Shown here in pieces: positions 48,841-62,834 of a stretch of DNA of 64,000 bases. The DNA lies in contig JAGIQG010000016.1 in NCBI GenBank assembly GCA_024679065.1, forward strand, positions 37,882,001 to 37,946,000, in the 5' to 3' direction. Position 1 is the stretch's first letter, and every line of letters begins with the position of its first letter. The notes under the pieces are model-generated. The model made no database searches. It was not told where the DNA came from and saw nothing but the letters and a program-made list of their open reading frames with translations. The translations under genes were made by a program, and so were the position numbers. This stretch comes from Sphyrna mokarran. Taxonomy: Eukaryota.

Positions 48841-50169
48841 ATGATTGTTTGGATCAAAGTACACAGGGTGAAATGTTCCCCCTTCTGTAATGATAGTACA
48901 ATTTTCATGATATAAAGATGTGTCAATTCACCACAGAATTGCACTTGCCAATTTAATGATTCATACCGTACTTTGTATTTATTTTGCCCATGACCAATTT
49001 GCATAGGAGTAACATGACATTTAAAGGTAAGTAAAGAGTTGGTTTGTTTGTCATTTTATCAGTCTTTTTCTGATTTGAAAGAGATTATCTGGAGAATTAT
49101 TTTGGTTTTCGCCTCAGAGTTTAGATTGCCATGGGAAAGATTTGATGATTGGTGCTGATGACCTCAGCCATACCCAATGGCAGCTTTCGAACCCCGGCAC
49201 TGGAGCAAATGGTCAGCTGTAATCCATTTGAATGTGTTTACTTGAGTCAGCACAAGAGTCATTTGGACTGAATGGAGCCTAAACCACTGTGTTACCTAGA
49301 ACTCTGATCATTACATTTCTAACTGATGTTCATGCTTAGTTTTTTTTTGATAGTTTCTAAAACACATAAACACATGTAGTTTTATTAGGTGCATAAAGCT
49401 CATATAGAAGGATCTGAAAACATGAAGTATAACAGCTAAAAAAGATCAGCTTGCAACACAGTTCAAAGGTAACACGAAAAGAATCTGGTTCGTGTCCAAA
49501 GCCTCTTTTGGAAAGTCTTAGAAGTCCTAAAAGATTCCATGTGGTATGTTTGTGATTTCTCCAGAATAAGTAGCTGAGATTAAAGAAAGGTCAATTACAT
49601 TAGTTTAGATTTGCAAAATGTATCACTCACAATTTATTAACTTGCTGTGATGTCAGGTGAAGACAGAAATTGGCTGGTCACAAATCCTGCAGTGATTGAA
49701 TAGTTCATAGGCAGTTTTGGCCCATTTTTCTTGTTTAAAACTTGCATGGAGCTGAAATCATGTGGCAAATATTTTACTTTTACTTCCAATTCTTGAAATT
49801 TTCATCTGTGAAAACCTGATCTGCAATTGCAAGTTAGATGGGGCAATGTGCTTGCTGCATTTAGGCATCTTCATCATGAACAAACACACCTGCTAGGAAT
49901 AATGGAGATGATTTTAAATCTTCAATTCCTGGAAGCTATTCAGCAACCTAATTTCCTAAGCACCAAACTCTGTTGGCAAATGGGATCATTCATCCAAAAG
50001 GTCAATGGACAAACCAGTTTGATATCTGACAGTGAAAAGCATATGGAATTAATATCACTGCTGAATGGATTTACATGGATTAACTCCTCCAATCTCATGA
50101 ATTGTCAGCTAATTCAGATGGACAGTCACCTCCTATATCAAAATTCCTATTTGTATAATTAGTAAATAA

Positions 50170-50662
50170 GCCTAAATGTCTATATTAAGACTGAAATACT
50201 TCACATTCATTCTACTTTTATATTACTTGTGCCTGAACTATGCTGGTCGTGTAACCAGCATGCCTGACACTCGCTCACTAAAACAAATTTTAGACAGTGA
50301 GCTTGAGTCCAGGGTGTATTCCCATGGTGATCAAACGAAATGCTACAAGGATACTCTGTCGGATTCACTTAGGAGTTTTGATATCGACGCTAAATTCTGG
50401 CAGAAGTTTATCCAGGATCACTGCACGAAATACAATAAGGTGCGGTCTCCTTTGAAAGCAAGTACATTTCAAAGGCAGGAGAGGAAATCCTGAGCTGGCA
50501 GCTCTCCCAAACTCAACTATCTTGTGTATCCTATTCTAATTACAACAGAACTTTCCGGGTACAAATCGGCCTTAACAGTCTTCTCCGTACCCACTGGAAG
50601 CCTATCAAACACCCCAGATGTTGACATGACCATCTTCACTTGGAAGGACAAACAAGAAGAAT
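50170..50662 (+). mobile_element. RTE-clade LINE 3' fragment
   Basis: LNYAGRVTSMPDTRSLKQILDSEL...GDQTKCYKDTL..SL...ID...W resembles the RTE C-terminal consensus LRWAGHV.RM.D.R.PKQ..Y.EL...GGQ.KR.KD.LK; ends in caagaagaa. Confidence 0.75.
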
Positions 50663-50948
50663 GGAAATAGTTCAATAATTTGTTCTGGTTACCCTTGTGC
50701 TAATTTAGACCTATGGATATGGAGATTAGATATATACAAAGTCAGAAAGCCAATTCTTATTCAGTTTCTCTATCAAGCATTCTATCCCTTCATCTGCTGA
50801 AGGTTTTGAATCTTTGATGGCTTCACCTCTACAATCCCTCTCTGGCACCATATCTAAATTATTTATGCCTAACTTTTGCTGTCAGGAAGTGATTGAACAA
50901 TGGACGCATTGGCTGTGATTTTCCGTTATCACTGTGGCAGGATTTAGA

Positions 50949-51263
50949 GTGGCATGGTGGCATAGTAGTTAGCACAACTACCTCACAGTTCTAGGGATCC
51001 AGGTTCGATCCCTGTCTTGGGTCACTGTCTGTGAGGAGTCTACACGTTCTTCCATGTATACGTGGGTTTCCTCTGGGTGCTCTGATTTCTTTCCACAATC
51101 CGAAAGTACTGATTAGGTGGATTGGCCATGCTGAATTCTCCCTCAGTATATCCAAACAAATGCTGGAGTGTAGCAACTAGGGGATTTACACAGTGACTTT
51201 ATTGCAGTGTTATTATAAACCTACTTGTGACACAAATAAATGAACTAAAAAATAACTTAAACT
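50949..51263 (+). mobile_element. V-SINE, tail type 1, apparently inserted inside a MITE (50911-50945 and 51264-51342)
   Basis: ggcatggtggcatagtagttagcac...cctacttgtgacacaaataaa; flanks ggctgtgattttcc and ggaaatatcggc resemble MITE TIRs. Confidence 0.85.
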
Positions 51264-51667
51264 TGCTGTGGGGAATGTGGCAGACCAACTTTCAGCAGGA
51301 CTCGAAAATCCAAGGTGGTAGATAGGGCTGGAAATATCGGCTATTATATCAATCCTGATTGTGTCCCTTGTCAATGGCAGCACATGTACATTTTTAACAG
51401 ATATCAGTAATCAGGAGAAAAATGCCTCACTAATATTTTCTTTCTTCTCTATTGTGCCATTAGTGCTGCCTTTGCTAAAACTAACTCAGAGATTCATCCT
51501 TTGTGCCCCGTATGATTCAGCTAATGCCAGGGTGACAAGCATCCTGAAGCACCATCTTGATGCTTCTGCACTTCAAATTTACAAAGAGCAGGAGTAGACC
51601 CTCAAGCCTAGCCCGCCAGTTAATAAGATCATGGCTGATCAAATAGTAACCTCAATTCTGCATTCTG

Positions 51668-51895
51668 TTTGATTTATTATTTTCACATGTATTAGTATAC
51701 AGTATTGCTTTTTGCACTGTGTACAAAGCACACTGCACATAAGGAAGGAAAAGAGAGGGTGTGGAATGTAGTGTTACAGTCATAGATAGGGTGTAGAGAA
51801 AGATCAACTTTCGTGAGGTAAATCCATTCTAAAATCTGTAGGGAGCAGGGAAGAAGTTGTTCTTGAGTCAGTTGGCATGTGTCCTCGGACTCTGT
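51668..51895 (-). mobile_element. LINE 3' end fragment (Rex1/Babar-like, tentative)
   Basis: tttgatttattattttcacatgta...gcagggaagaagttgttcttgagtc pattern resembles fish Rex-type 3' ends (recalled, not searched). Confidence 0.45.
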
Positions 51896-52428
51896 GCATA
51901 TAGAGCACATCAACCCAACCAACTGGCTAGCTGAAGCTAGAGATAACAAAAGCATGGATGAAGGTTTCATGTAGATAAACTTAGACCGGGATGAGTGTCT
52001 GTACATATTATGAGTAGATCATAGTGATGGAGGTGGTATGGCCCTCAAACTCAGTTCAAGGTTGAATGAGACTCTTGCCAAAGACAATTGAGCAAGGAAC
52101 AGATAGAATCAGTGGTGAGAGAGATCTTGTGACGGGGACAAAAAACAATTGCTACAGTCTCAGTGTTTAGTTGGAGGAACTTAATACACATTGGACAAAG
52201 ATTGTTTTAAGTCTGACAATGCAAAAACACAAAGAGAGGTAAAGCTCAGTTTTATCTACATGTATGTGGAAGCTGATCTCATGTCTGCAAATAATGTTAC
52301 TGATACAGAAGAGGAGACAGGAAAAGAAAGATTCTTGGGGAATTGTTGTGGTACATAGCTGGAAGAGAGGCAAAAGTGGAAACAAAGGAGTATAGTCCCA
52401 TTGAACCGATCAATGGAGGAGAGATATT

Positions 52429-52555
52429 GGACGCGATTTTACGGCCTTGCTTACCCCGAAACCATAAAATCCCACCCAAGGTAAATTGATCTTTCAGTAG
52501 TCTGCCACTCACCTGCTCAGAATACTATGGCGGGTGGGACGATAAAATTCCAGCC
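52429..52555. mobile_element. MITE (subtype B)
   Basis: TIRs ggacgcgattttac ... ataaaattccagcc. Confidence 0.7.
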
Positions 52556-53829
52556 AAGAAGGAGGTGCTGTCAACCTTGTCGAAGATATATTGAATGCAA
52601 AGCATGGCGTTTAAGATATATTGTTTGCTTTAATAGAATACAGGATAGTAGCTTGAACTTGCCAACTTAAAAAAGCATCATCAAAATACCTTTTTTATGA
52701 TAAGCATTTCTTTTAATAACAATGAAACAATCTAAAAGCAACACTATTGAACCGATTGCGTAATGAGAGCAAGTGAAAATAGTTAAACATGTAGTAATAA
52801 CTGGAGTGAGCTAACGAACATCTATTAGCTGAATTTAGTGCTTAACATAGATATCCAGAATCATTTCCAATTTGTTTGTTGCTGCATTTGTTAGTTATAA
52901 CATTATCGTTGTGGAATAAAAAAGGATCAAACAGCATGGTGATCATATGTATGCAATTGATCATAATACAAACCTCATGTGAACAGTAAGGCTATTATTT
53001 ATGAGACAGATTATAATGTCACAGTCAAATCACATTATAGCACATTCTGTTGCTACAAAGCATCTATTATAAGGGGCCACTCCCTAATACTTGCTGAAAC
53101 TCCAAAGTCTCAAAAACGCAATGCTTTGAAAAAAATAAGTTGTCACTTCCCATGAGTTTGTGATGTTGAGATTTGACCATACGATTGAGTTATTTATACC
53201 CATGGATAATATGTTGGCAACAGTGGTGATCATGAATAGTAGGCAAGTTGTTATTTAGGAGTATTATTGCAACGATTTCCTTAATATAAATTCTACTGAT
53301 GTGAATTACATATTTAAAGCTGCTGTACCTGTAATATACATTAACTATATTTCTGACCGGACTTTCTTTTGAGAACATATTAAAGACTAAGGACTGGTAT
53401 TGTGAGTGCATCATGTTCATGATGCTGATTTCTGCTCTTCATACATTTTGCCTTCTTACGGTGGGCAAGTATCTTGAGCAAAGGAAGAATGCATCATAAG
53501 AATTAGAAAGCTATATTTCTGTTTGGCTTCACAAACAAGTTAAGAAACTAAGTCACTCTTGGTTCCCTTCTTCGAGCTTTCCCTTGGCCATTAGCAATTT
53601 TGTTTATTAGATAAGAAGCCTACTGATGGGCCAAAGCCCAAAATACAGGACGACTAGATGTATGCAGACAATGACAGAAGCTGAGGAATGCTGAGAGGAA
53701 TCAGTCGTATGGTGATGGGATAAGCTATATTTCACTTTCATTTCATGGAATTCCAAGATTTTTTTCTGGCATTTTTGGAATTGCATTTACCAATTCTATT
53801 CATTTCTGTTCTGAATCCTGATGTTTCAG

Positions 53830-54995
53830 AAATTGAAGACCTGCAAGTGATATGATTTTCTTACTCCAGTAGCTACAAGAGAAATACTGTGAACAACAGA
53901 CACCTGTATCTATTACCTTCATCTATTTCACCAAGGCATTAAACCATGTGTACAGAGGCAGTCTATTTAAACTCCTGGAGAAAATTGGCTCCCTGCCAAA
54001 GCTGCTCAATGTGATCTCTTTCCAATCAACATAATGGGTAAGATCAGCAATAACAGGGCAACATTGGAGTCTTTTAAAATTTATTTATTAATCACAAGTA
54101 GGCTTACATTAACACTGCTGTGAAAATCCCCTAGCCACCTCACTACAGTGCCTTCTGAGTATGCTGAAGGAAAATTTAGTATGGCAACTGCACATAACCA
54201 GCACACCTTTTGGACTGTGGCAGGAAACCGGAACATCTGGAGGAAACCCATGCAGACAAGGGGAGAATGTGCAGGCTCCGCACAGACAGTGACCCAAGCT
54301 GGGAATCAAATCCAGGTCCCTGACACTGTGAGGCTAACCACTGTGCCACCCACAGTGATCCATAGCAAGCTCAAACTGGCACTGATACTCTTGGGCACAT
54401 TTTTCTTTTTGTTGCTGTCATATGCCTTCTGGTCATCTACAGAAGATGTCTTTGGACATACCAGAACTAAGAGAAAACTCTTCAGCCAATCCTCGTCAGA
54501 AAGTTGCTCCATACTGATGATGTCGTACTAACATAAGGAACATTGGCAGCAGCAATGGGCAGACCCTCTTGTGCCTGTACAGAATCTGATTTGATCACAA
54601 ACATCAGGAGGACAAATGTCATACTACAGGATTTTATGATACTGCCATCTATCAGCATTGACAATGTGAAGTTGGGGGTTGTTGATGACTTCACATATCT
54701 AAGCCCACAATCACCAGCAATCTACCAATTGGTACTGATGTCAGCGCATGGATCACAAAAACTGTAGCTGTTATGTTCAAGCTAAGTAAGCAAATGTGGG
54801 ACAACAGCAACCTGACTGAGAACACCAAATAGCAAGTCTATCAAGCCTGCTTCTTTATCACACTCCTCTGCAGTGGTGAAACTTGGAGGCATGAAAAAAA
54901 GTTTCCACCTTCACTGTCCCAGGTTTATCCTTGATATCTCTTGGCGGGACAAAGCCACCAACTAGGACGTGCTAATTTCAACAGTGTACCTTCAT
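53830..54995 (+). mobile_element. RTE-clade LINE reverse transcriptase fragment, degenerate, interrupted by a SINE
   Basis: Translates DMIFLLQ*LQEKYCEQQTPVSITFIYFTKALNHVYRGSLFKLLEKIGSLPKLL (RT motifs QEK..E and F.D..KAF-like); later VVDDFTYL and ISWRDKATN. Confidence 0.8.
54076..54350 (-). mobile_element. V-SINE, tail type 1, inserted in the RTE fragment
   Basis: tttatttattaatcacaagtaggcttacattaacactg...ggaggaaaccc...gctaaccactgtgccacc. Confidence 0.88.
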
Positions 54996-55831
54996 GGGCA
55001 AAAGTGAAATTGGCCACCTTATTTAAGGAAGAATGTAAATAGATTGGAAGTATTCTGAGTGGAGGTGGATAAATATTTGATAGATCAAGGTAGAGAGGGC
55101 TGTGAGAGAATTGCACAGAAAATGAATTGAGGCCTGCATAGATTAGCCATGTCCACATTGAATGGCAGGGCGGGCTTGAAGGATCTGGTGGCCTACTCCT
55201 GTTTCTCTTTTTTGTGTTCTTGAGATTTTAACCACATTGGGCATTGCTTAATACAGAGTTCACTATCAGAGTGCAAGCCATTATCTTACAAAATGATAAG
55301 TCATTTGTTGCAGCAAACCTTGAAACTTATAGCTATGATCTTAAGAAAAAGACTGAAGTAAATGGAATTGGAGGGATTGCAAAATAGATCCATTTTCACT
55401 TTGGAATCCATTTTGTTTTGCATCTGGCTTGATGGAATTGCTTAGTCTTTTCTAGTCGTATACTTTCCAATGTTAGTAAGGATAAGCTTGCGTTCATTTT
55501 TTCTTTGGCTGCTTTAACCCTTCTTTCTCCTCTGACATTTCAATATAGAAGAGCATTAAAAAGGAGTTGAGGAGAATTTTACTTCATTCAGGGGATCGTG
55601 GAGACCACTGCCTGAAAGGGTTTCGGAGGCAGAAACCAATAATTGACTTTAAAAGTATTTGTATATTTATCTGAACTACTGTGAACTCCAAAGCTACAGA
55701 TCAAAAACTAGAAAGTGGGATTGGGTGGGACAGCTTTTTCTTGGCAGGTTCAGAGGTGATGAGTCAAATGTCCCTCTGCTGTTGAATTTTCAAATTTCTA
55801 ATTGGATATTGAATTGGATTTTTCTCTAAGA

Positions 55832-55893
55832 CGGCAGTCTCCAAACTCTGATCCAGATGCAGCCCACTGTGGGCTATAATTTGGAGACCCCTG
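55832..55893. mobile_element. Tiny hAT-like TIR remnant (62 bp)
   Basis: cggcagtctccaaact ... aatttggagacccctg; flanking 8-mers only partly match. Confidence 0.45.
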
Positions 55894-56320
55894 TTCCTAG
55901 AGAATAATTTAAGGAGGCCGCTGCTGGCATTATATTGAGGAAATAGTAAGCTTGATGAATTAAATGTAAAAAAAATAAATATTTAAAAAATTCTGGTTGC
56001 AATGTTTTAGAACTAATTTAGTTTATCATGTAGGCATGGAAAATAAATAAGTGAAATTAGCTCATTTTTTGAGAGTTGACAATTAATACCGAATAATAAC
56101 AACAAGCATTAAGTCTTAAGTGATATTTTGGACAAGTGCATTGAATAAATCAAATAATTCATACACATCATTAGAACAGCTTAGAATTTGTTAATGTTCT
56201 TCCTGTAAGTACATGCTACTCTGCTGATGAATATATATTTTCTTGTTCTGTTAGTGCTGGAATATGTCCATTTACTGGCAGCTTACAGTTGGAGGTTCTT
56301 AGGGATTGGGTTAGATGCAA

Positions 56321-56443
56321 TGCATGGATTTTATGGCCCTGTTCATCCCAAAATTGTAAAATCCTGTTCAAGGTCAACAGACTTTCCATGGTTTGCCCCT
56401 TGCTCGCTCTGATTCCCGTGGACGGGATGGAAAAATTGTCCCC
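56321..56443. mobile_element. MITE (subtype B)
   Basis: ggattttatggcc...gtaaaatcctgttcaaggtcaacagac...gacgggatggaaaaattgtccc. Confidence 0.6.
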
Positions 56444-58266
56444 AGTAATTTCTTACTTCTGGGATTTGAGGCTGAATGGAAATCATCTTCTATTGCAGCA
56501 AGGGTCCAATTCCAATTCTCTTCCTGCGCCTAGTGTTGCATTAAGGCAGATTTTAATCTGTTTTCATATCTAGCAATTCCTGAAATAGGTAGCTAGTCTG
56601 TTGCTGTGGGCTTATAACTTAAGAGGCACCATTCCTGGAGTCTGTCCCACTCTTACTGCCAGCTATTGGCATGTTGGGTGGATTTGCAGGTTGAAGTTCA
56701 ACTTGTTTGACTGTGTTATTAATGCACCTTCCTTGGCCATCAAGTCCTGGGGTGGGACTTGAACCTGAAGCTTCTGTCTCAAAGATAGGGCCACAAGACC
56801 TCCTGCCACAAGGATGCTGTATGAAATCAGTTTGGGGAGAGCCTCATGCTAGTTCCTGGTTGCCCACTGCACTAAACCATTCCTAAATGGACACTAAATC
56901 AGAGCAGGTTTCCTATAGCCCAAAAAATCACAAGTACATTCTGCTTTTGCTTGAGTTTTGCATTTGAATTCAGACCATCTGAATTGAATAATGGTGATCT
57001 TTCTGGTTATGCACCACAGTAAAGTAGATGGGAATTGAATGACGATAGATGCCACATGGCATGAAGGCAGGTTATTCAATTTACTGCTTCTAGATGTAGA
57101 ATTCAGATAATCTGATCTTCACATAGAAATAAAACACACTTATCAACACTTTTTCAAGTCAAAAATATTTAAACATTAATATCGTCAGTATACATATCAC
57201 ATTTCTGGCAATGACTAATATCAGCTGCAGTTTTTCTCACCCTACCTATATATGGCTGCTTACAGCCACTCAATCATTAACATTTACATTTGTGAGAAGA
57301 AAGTAAAGGAAGGGAATTGAGGGGGAAAGAAGTTGTGATAGCTCATGAAATGTATATTAAGGTTTTATAAATCCCACATTCTTTCCACTGAGAGTGATTT
57401 TCAAAGCATTCTCAGGCTGAGCTCAATATAACCTGGCCCTTCTCGATTAGTCCCTTTATCTACAAACCACAAAATATTTCCCATTGTTTGAATATCTGCA
57501 CTTAATTTCAATCAGCTTGCTGTTATGTTGACTACCCTGTATTTGCTGGAGTTTGCACATCTTAATTATAATAGTGGACGCAGTTCATTGATAGACTCTG
57601 TAACTGAAATTGGGATGTTATTGGAAAATCATATTTACCATGAATGAATTGATGCAACAATATAATTCACAACCAATCTGTACTTTTGTTTGCATTTATA
57701 ATGCTGTCATATTTAAAACCTCAACTAGGTTTTACTTTGTCATAAAGCAGCTGTAACAAATCCCATGCTTGCTTATTAGAATCCAACTCGGTAATATGCA
57801 TCAGGGGAAATGGCTCCTATTTTCCAATAACTCTTAGTCAAATATCTTACAAGTAAAACCCACTTCATAATTCTTACTTTAAAAATTAATTTGCACATGA
57901 GTAACTGATTTATAAAACTAAGTGACTATATGTAGCAGATGCTGTAGTCCACCTATAAGCTGTATATTTGAGATGTGGCTCAATTTAAGAGTTAAAAGTA
58001 GTGTACTGCTTTTGTAGTGTGCTGCTGCTGAAGGAATCAGTATCAATCTCATTCTATAAGTGTTAACCTATTTTAAATCAATGTAACTGAGTTTTTCTTA
58101 TGATAATCTTATAAAACTGCAGTTCCGTTTACTTGGATGTCAAAGTTGAATTTCACCTCACATCTCTTCATAAAATTTTTTGAAAGATATAAAGATGCAT
58201 GACTTTTCGCTAATAATTAAGATCTTTGATCCAGTTTTTTTGCTACTGAGTGGGAAAGCTGAGCTT

Positions 58267-58551
58267 AAAGTTTACTCAGTAGTCACAAGTAGGTTTACAG
58301 TAACACTGCAATAAAGTTACTGTGAAAATCCCTAGTCACCACACTCCAGCACTTGTTCAGGCACAGTGTGGGAGAATTTAGCATGGTCAGTGCAGCTAAC
58401 CAGAATATCTTTCAGACTGTGGGAGGAAACCAGAGCACCAGAAGGAAACCCACACAGACACAGGAACTCCACACAGCAGTGACCCAAGCCAGGAATTGAA
58501 CCCCGGTCCTGTGAGGCAGCAGTGCTAACCACTGTGCCATCATGCCATCCC
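58267..58551 (-). mobile_element. V-SINE, tail type 1
   Basis: gtcacaagtaggtttac..taacactgcaataaagttactgtgaaaatcccta...gtgaggcagcagtgctaaccactgtgcc. Confidence 0.9.
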
Positions 58552-59201
58552 TTAAACTCACTATCAGCGATAGCTCAATCTTTTGCCTTGGCCCTGAGAA
58601 AGTCTAGCCTATTACAAAACCAAAAATTACTCATTATATTCATATGACTGCAGCTAATTGGCTGCCACAGCTTTTAAGTTAGTGCAGTATTGCGGCCCCA
58701 TGAAATCCCCTATCATATTGATTAACCTTGTTCACAAAGCTCCCCATTTTAGGGTTCCCAAAAACTTTGTTTATTTTGTGATGGCTCTATTTTATCAAGC
58801 CAGATCTACAGCACAGTGAGAAAAGGACTTGAATTGAAATAAGTAGTCAATCCAGAGCAAAGACATGCAGGTGGGTGGCCAGGCAAGATTGAAATATGTT
58901 CGCAGGCCCAAGCCTCAGTTTTGGGCTGGTTTTGATGTCTTGCGGTCCACAAGAAGGGTACACAGCAGATGAAGATCCAGTTCTCATTGGACATTCACCT
59001 GCTTGCAGGTAAGTGACAGGAAGTTGGTTGTTAGAGGGTCTCATGTGAGGAAAGAGGAAAGGCACAGCAGAGTCTATCTAGAATCATTTGTTCTTCTTTC
59101 AGGCAGCCTTGAAGCCTTTAAGGTGCAGCACTGCACCGACATCAGATTTTTATTGGATGCATATGGTAGACAGGCTGGATTTCTTGGGGGCCTGGGACTT
59201 T

Positions 59202-59388
59202 ATAGAATTGTAGAATCCCTACTTGCAAAAGAAGGCAATTTGGCCCATTGAGTCTGCAGTGGCCACAATCCCACTCAGGCTCTAACCCCATGTATTTACC
59301 CTTCTAATCTCCCTGACATTTAGGCAAAAATTAGCATAGCCAATCCACTCAACCTGCACATTTTTGGACTATGGGAGGAAACAGAAGC
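59202..59388 (-). mobile_element. HE1-like V-SINE, tail type 2, 5'-truncated
   Basis: atagaattgtagaatccctac...tttggcccattgagtctgca...cacaatccca...ttggactatgggaggaaac. Confidence 0.8.
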
Positions 59389-62106
59389 AAATTTTACTTC
59401 CAAATTCCTGTTCTGTCATGGGAAATCCACTGCGTCCATGCCTTTCCTTGCCTTAGGAATTAAAACAGATGAGGAAAGCAAACTAGGAGAAAAATTACAG
59501 CCAAGATTGCATTTGGTGACTTGAATGTGAAGCACTGAGCATAGATATAGGGGCTTTTCTGGGTTTATGTCTTGGTCTTAACAATACAAAATTGGGGCTT
59601 CTGCCTGGCCAGTATCAAGAATCTGCTACAGTTAATATTTTCTCAATAACTTTCTAAATATTTTGTACTTTCTATCTTGTCCATACTGCTGAGTTTTGAG
59701 AGAGTTAACTAGCTCATTATAAAATATTCAGAATTTTCCCAATGTTTCCTCAGAGTAACTGCAGACATTGTAAATGTTGTTGTAATGGCTGGGATTGGGG
59801 CAGAGTGAAGGAAATGAGGAGACTCACTAAATGCTGTTGTGTTAAATCCTCTTTATGTCCACAGTTGGGAACTTTCAATCAGTAGCATTAACTGGCATGG
59901 GGAAAGTCAAGCCTCAAGTACTTACAACCGTACAAAGCAGAAACTCCTACAGTTTAGCTAAAAATGCAAATCGTGCATCATTTCTGAAAGACAGTTTCAA
60001 GGACAAGAGGTGATATCTTTGCACGTTTCTTAGAAAGGAAAATGCAATGGACTCGACTCCCTAGATCCTCATAGTTTTACCTCATGGAGTGTTTTTGAAA
60101 TACAGTTGTATAGTTCTTTAGGTAATCTAAGTAAATACTGCATCCTTATCAGCATTAATCTGATGAAGTCATTATTTTCTTTGGAAGTTTTCAAAAGGCG
60201 ACTGGAATATTTTTGCATATTCTATGCATAATCACAGATTAATACCAAAAGTGCCATTTTTCATCTCTCCTTGGACTAGTGATCAAAGTGATATTCTATC
60301 TGGGCACTGTTCAAAGAACTTTGTGCACCTCATTATGGTTCCACTAAAGCTTTTGTGGTGAAGCTAACTATGTAGACCCTGGAGTTTTACAATCTGATAG
60401 AATTTGTGGTGTTGCCTGTGCACGGGAGAAGCTAAGTCTCACTGTTTTATTGTAGTAGCGTATGCATTTAAATCTTGGCTGCCTTTCAGAATAGAAATCC
60501 AACCTGTGAAAAAACGTTTAAATATATTCAGCAAAACCTACTTAGTTCCACGCTCTTCCAGGACTCAGTTGTGGATTGTCTGTTACCTAACTATAGAGAT
60601 CATAAAGTTTTGATTTCTGACCACTGCTGTTTTACCAAGCAGATCATGAAAGTGGGATGGATGGTGGGGTGGGGACTATGGTTAGACACAATATCTATGA
60701 CCCAAACAGAAAGAAAATCATCTTGCATTCCCCTTTTAATCACTGTCTGGTTACTGCTGATGAAAGGTGTGGCCACCTGATTCAACTGGGATACTCATGG
60801 TTAACTTATCTGGTGATACTCATTCTTTGGGCTCATGACTAAAGAAGACTACATTGCACTGTCATTGGACTGAGATGGCTGTCGAAACCTTAAATAACTT
60901 ATTAGTTTCTTATTGTTGCATTCTGGTACTGATTACTTTCAGTTAAGACATTGTTCCCTTGAACATTTATTCTGAAGTATTTATAGTGCACCTTACAATT
61001 TCGTTTATCACCTTGGTTGCAGCATTTTGCTACCAGTAAGGTTTGATGTTGCATTACTTCACATTCTCAATTTCTTTACGTTTCAAATTTTGTAAGGGTC
61101 TTGTAGATTTTAAGCTCAAGTGCAGCGTTAGAATCTAGACCAGTGAGCTCTTTGTGTGCTGTTATAGGACTAAAATGGTACCTGCTCTGCGCATACGTTT
61201 GGGATAAATTGTATTGGATGCCATATCAATGAGAGTGCTAATTTTTGGAGTTCATTGTTTCAGTCCTCTCTTAGCCTTGCACAGCTAAACCTTCATCCAT
61301 GCAACAGGAAGAATGCCACACCAGCATTATTTCAAAGGATCATTGACTGCTTCCAGTTTAGTTAGTCATTGATTTCTTTGGGCCATTGTTTCAATTCTAC
61401 ATGCATTTACTGCTTTCTATAGTGATATAAATTTGCAACAGACTACAATAAGGAGCGGAGTGGCAGGCACTCAGGAGCTTTGACTCACTCAAGACTTCCA
61501 TACAAAACAGTTCCTTACAGACATGGACATCTTAGAAAAACACATGTTGGGAAAGAAGAAATGGAGGCCACATGGAACACGACAAGCTGCTGGAAGATGG
61601 AGGAAGGGGAGAAAAGCTCAATCTGCTCAATGTATTTAGCGAGCAATTTGCCTGTCCCAGCAAGGAACACTGACAGACATCTGCATTGCACTAAGGTGTC
61701 CTCACTGAAATCTGTCACTGGCTGCAGGCAGATCTCCAATCTGACAAAGGGGAAAGATCACATTGCCAATGCCTGGGAAGGTGATGAACATTCGTGAATA
61801 TGGTTTCTTGCTATAGCGAAGCAGGTGAAGCAAGCTTAACTAAGATTGCAGGATGCTATTTACTTTGCATCACTATGTAGGTGCAACATGTCAACCAAAA
61901 TAAATTTCATTTCCCCAGTACATCATCACAGGTGGGGAATCATTCTGGTCAATGCCCAATATCTCAGCAGCAATCCTGATCTCTTCATTCTGCAGCTATC
62001 CACTGTGCGAGCTGCAGTGGAGCCACTGTGGTTAACCACATGGTGACCACTGCATGATGAGGACTAAGTGCTCTGACATGACTTATAGTTGTGTTGTGTA
62101 GTAAAA

Positions 62107-62134
62107 ACACACACACACACACACACTCACACAC
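62107..62134. repeat. (CA)n microsatellite
   Basis: acacacacacacacacacactcacacac. Confidence 0.9.
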
Positions 62135-62243
62135 GTTAAAATAAGGGGTCAGTCATTTAAAACAGAGATGAGGTGTATTTTTTTTCATTCAGCCAGTCGT
62201 TAATCTTTGAAACTCTCTTCCTGAAAAGACAGTGAAAACAGAC

Positions 62244-62378
62244 GGTAGAATTTTTCCGTTGCACCCGCCATGGGAGTTGTAGCGGGTGGGACAGAAAATT
62301 TGGCAGACCTGTTAAAGGAGCATTGACCTCAGGGAGAATTTCCAGTCTTGGGGCGCACGTAGTCAGAAAATCCTGCCC
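62244..62378. mobile_element. MITE (subtype B) nested in a CR1-type 3' fragment (~62135-62530)
   Basis: TIRs ggtagaatttttcc ... agaaaatcctgccc; flanks ctcttcctgaaaagacagtgaaaacaga | tcttttaatattttaaag are contiguous CR1 3' sequence. Confidence 0.7.
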
Positions 62379-62530
62379 AAAATCTTTTAATATTTTAAAG
62401 ACAGCATGAATTGATTCTTGGTAAGCAAGGAGGTAATAGATTAGCGCGGGTAAGCAGAATGCAGATTTGAGGTTACTATCAAATGAACCATGATCTTGTT
62501 AAATGGCAGAGCAGGCTCGAGGGGACAAAT

Positions 62531-62834
62531 CATAGAATCCCTTCAGTACAGAATGAGACCATTTGGCCCATTGAGTCTGCACCGATCACAATCCCACCCG
62601 GGAACTATTCCGCATAACTCCACATATGTACCCTGCTAAGTCCCTTGACACTAAGGGGCAATTCAGCATGGCCAATCCATCTAACCTGCATATCTTTGGA
62701 GTGTGGGAGGAAACCAGAGCACCCGGAGGAAACCCACACAGATACTGGGAGAATGTGCAAATTCCACACAGACAGTCACCGAGGCTAGAATTGAACCTGG
62801 GTCTCTGGTGCTGTGGGGCAGCAGTGCTAACCAC
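62531..62834 (-). mobile_element. HE1-like V-SINE, tail type 2
   Basis: catagaatccc...gtgggaggaaaccagagcacccggaggaaacccacacaga...gcagcagtgctaaccac. Confidence 0.9.

Noticed and set aside
56227-56412. Candidate NFATC2 terminal exon (ttag|TGCTGG, in phase)
   Set aside because: The peptide does not resemble known NFAT C-termini and runs into a MITE.
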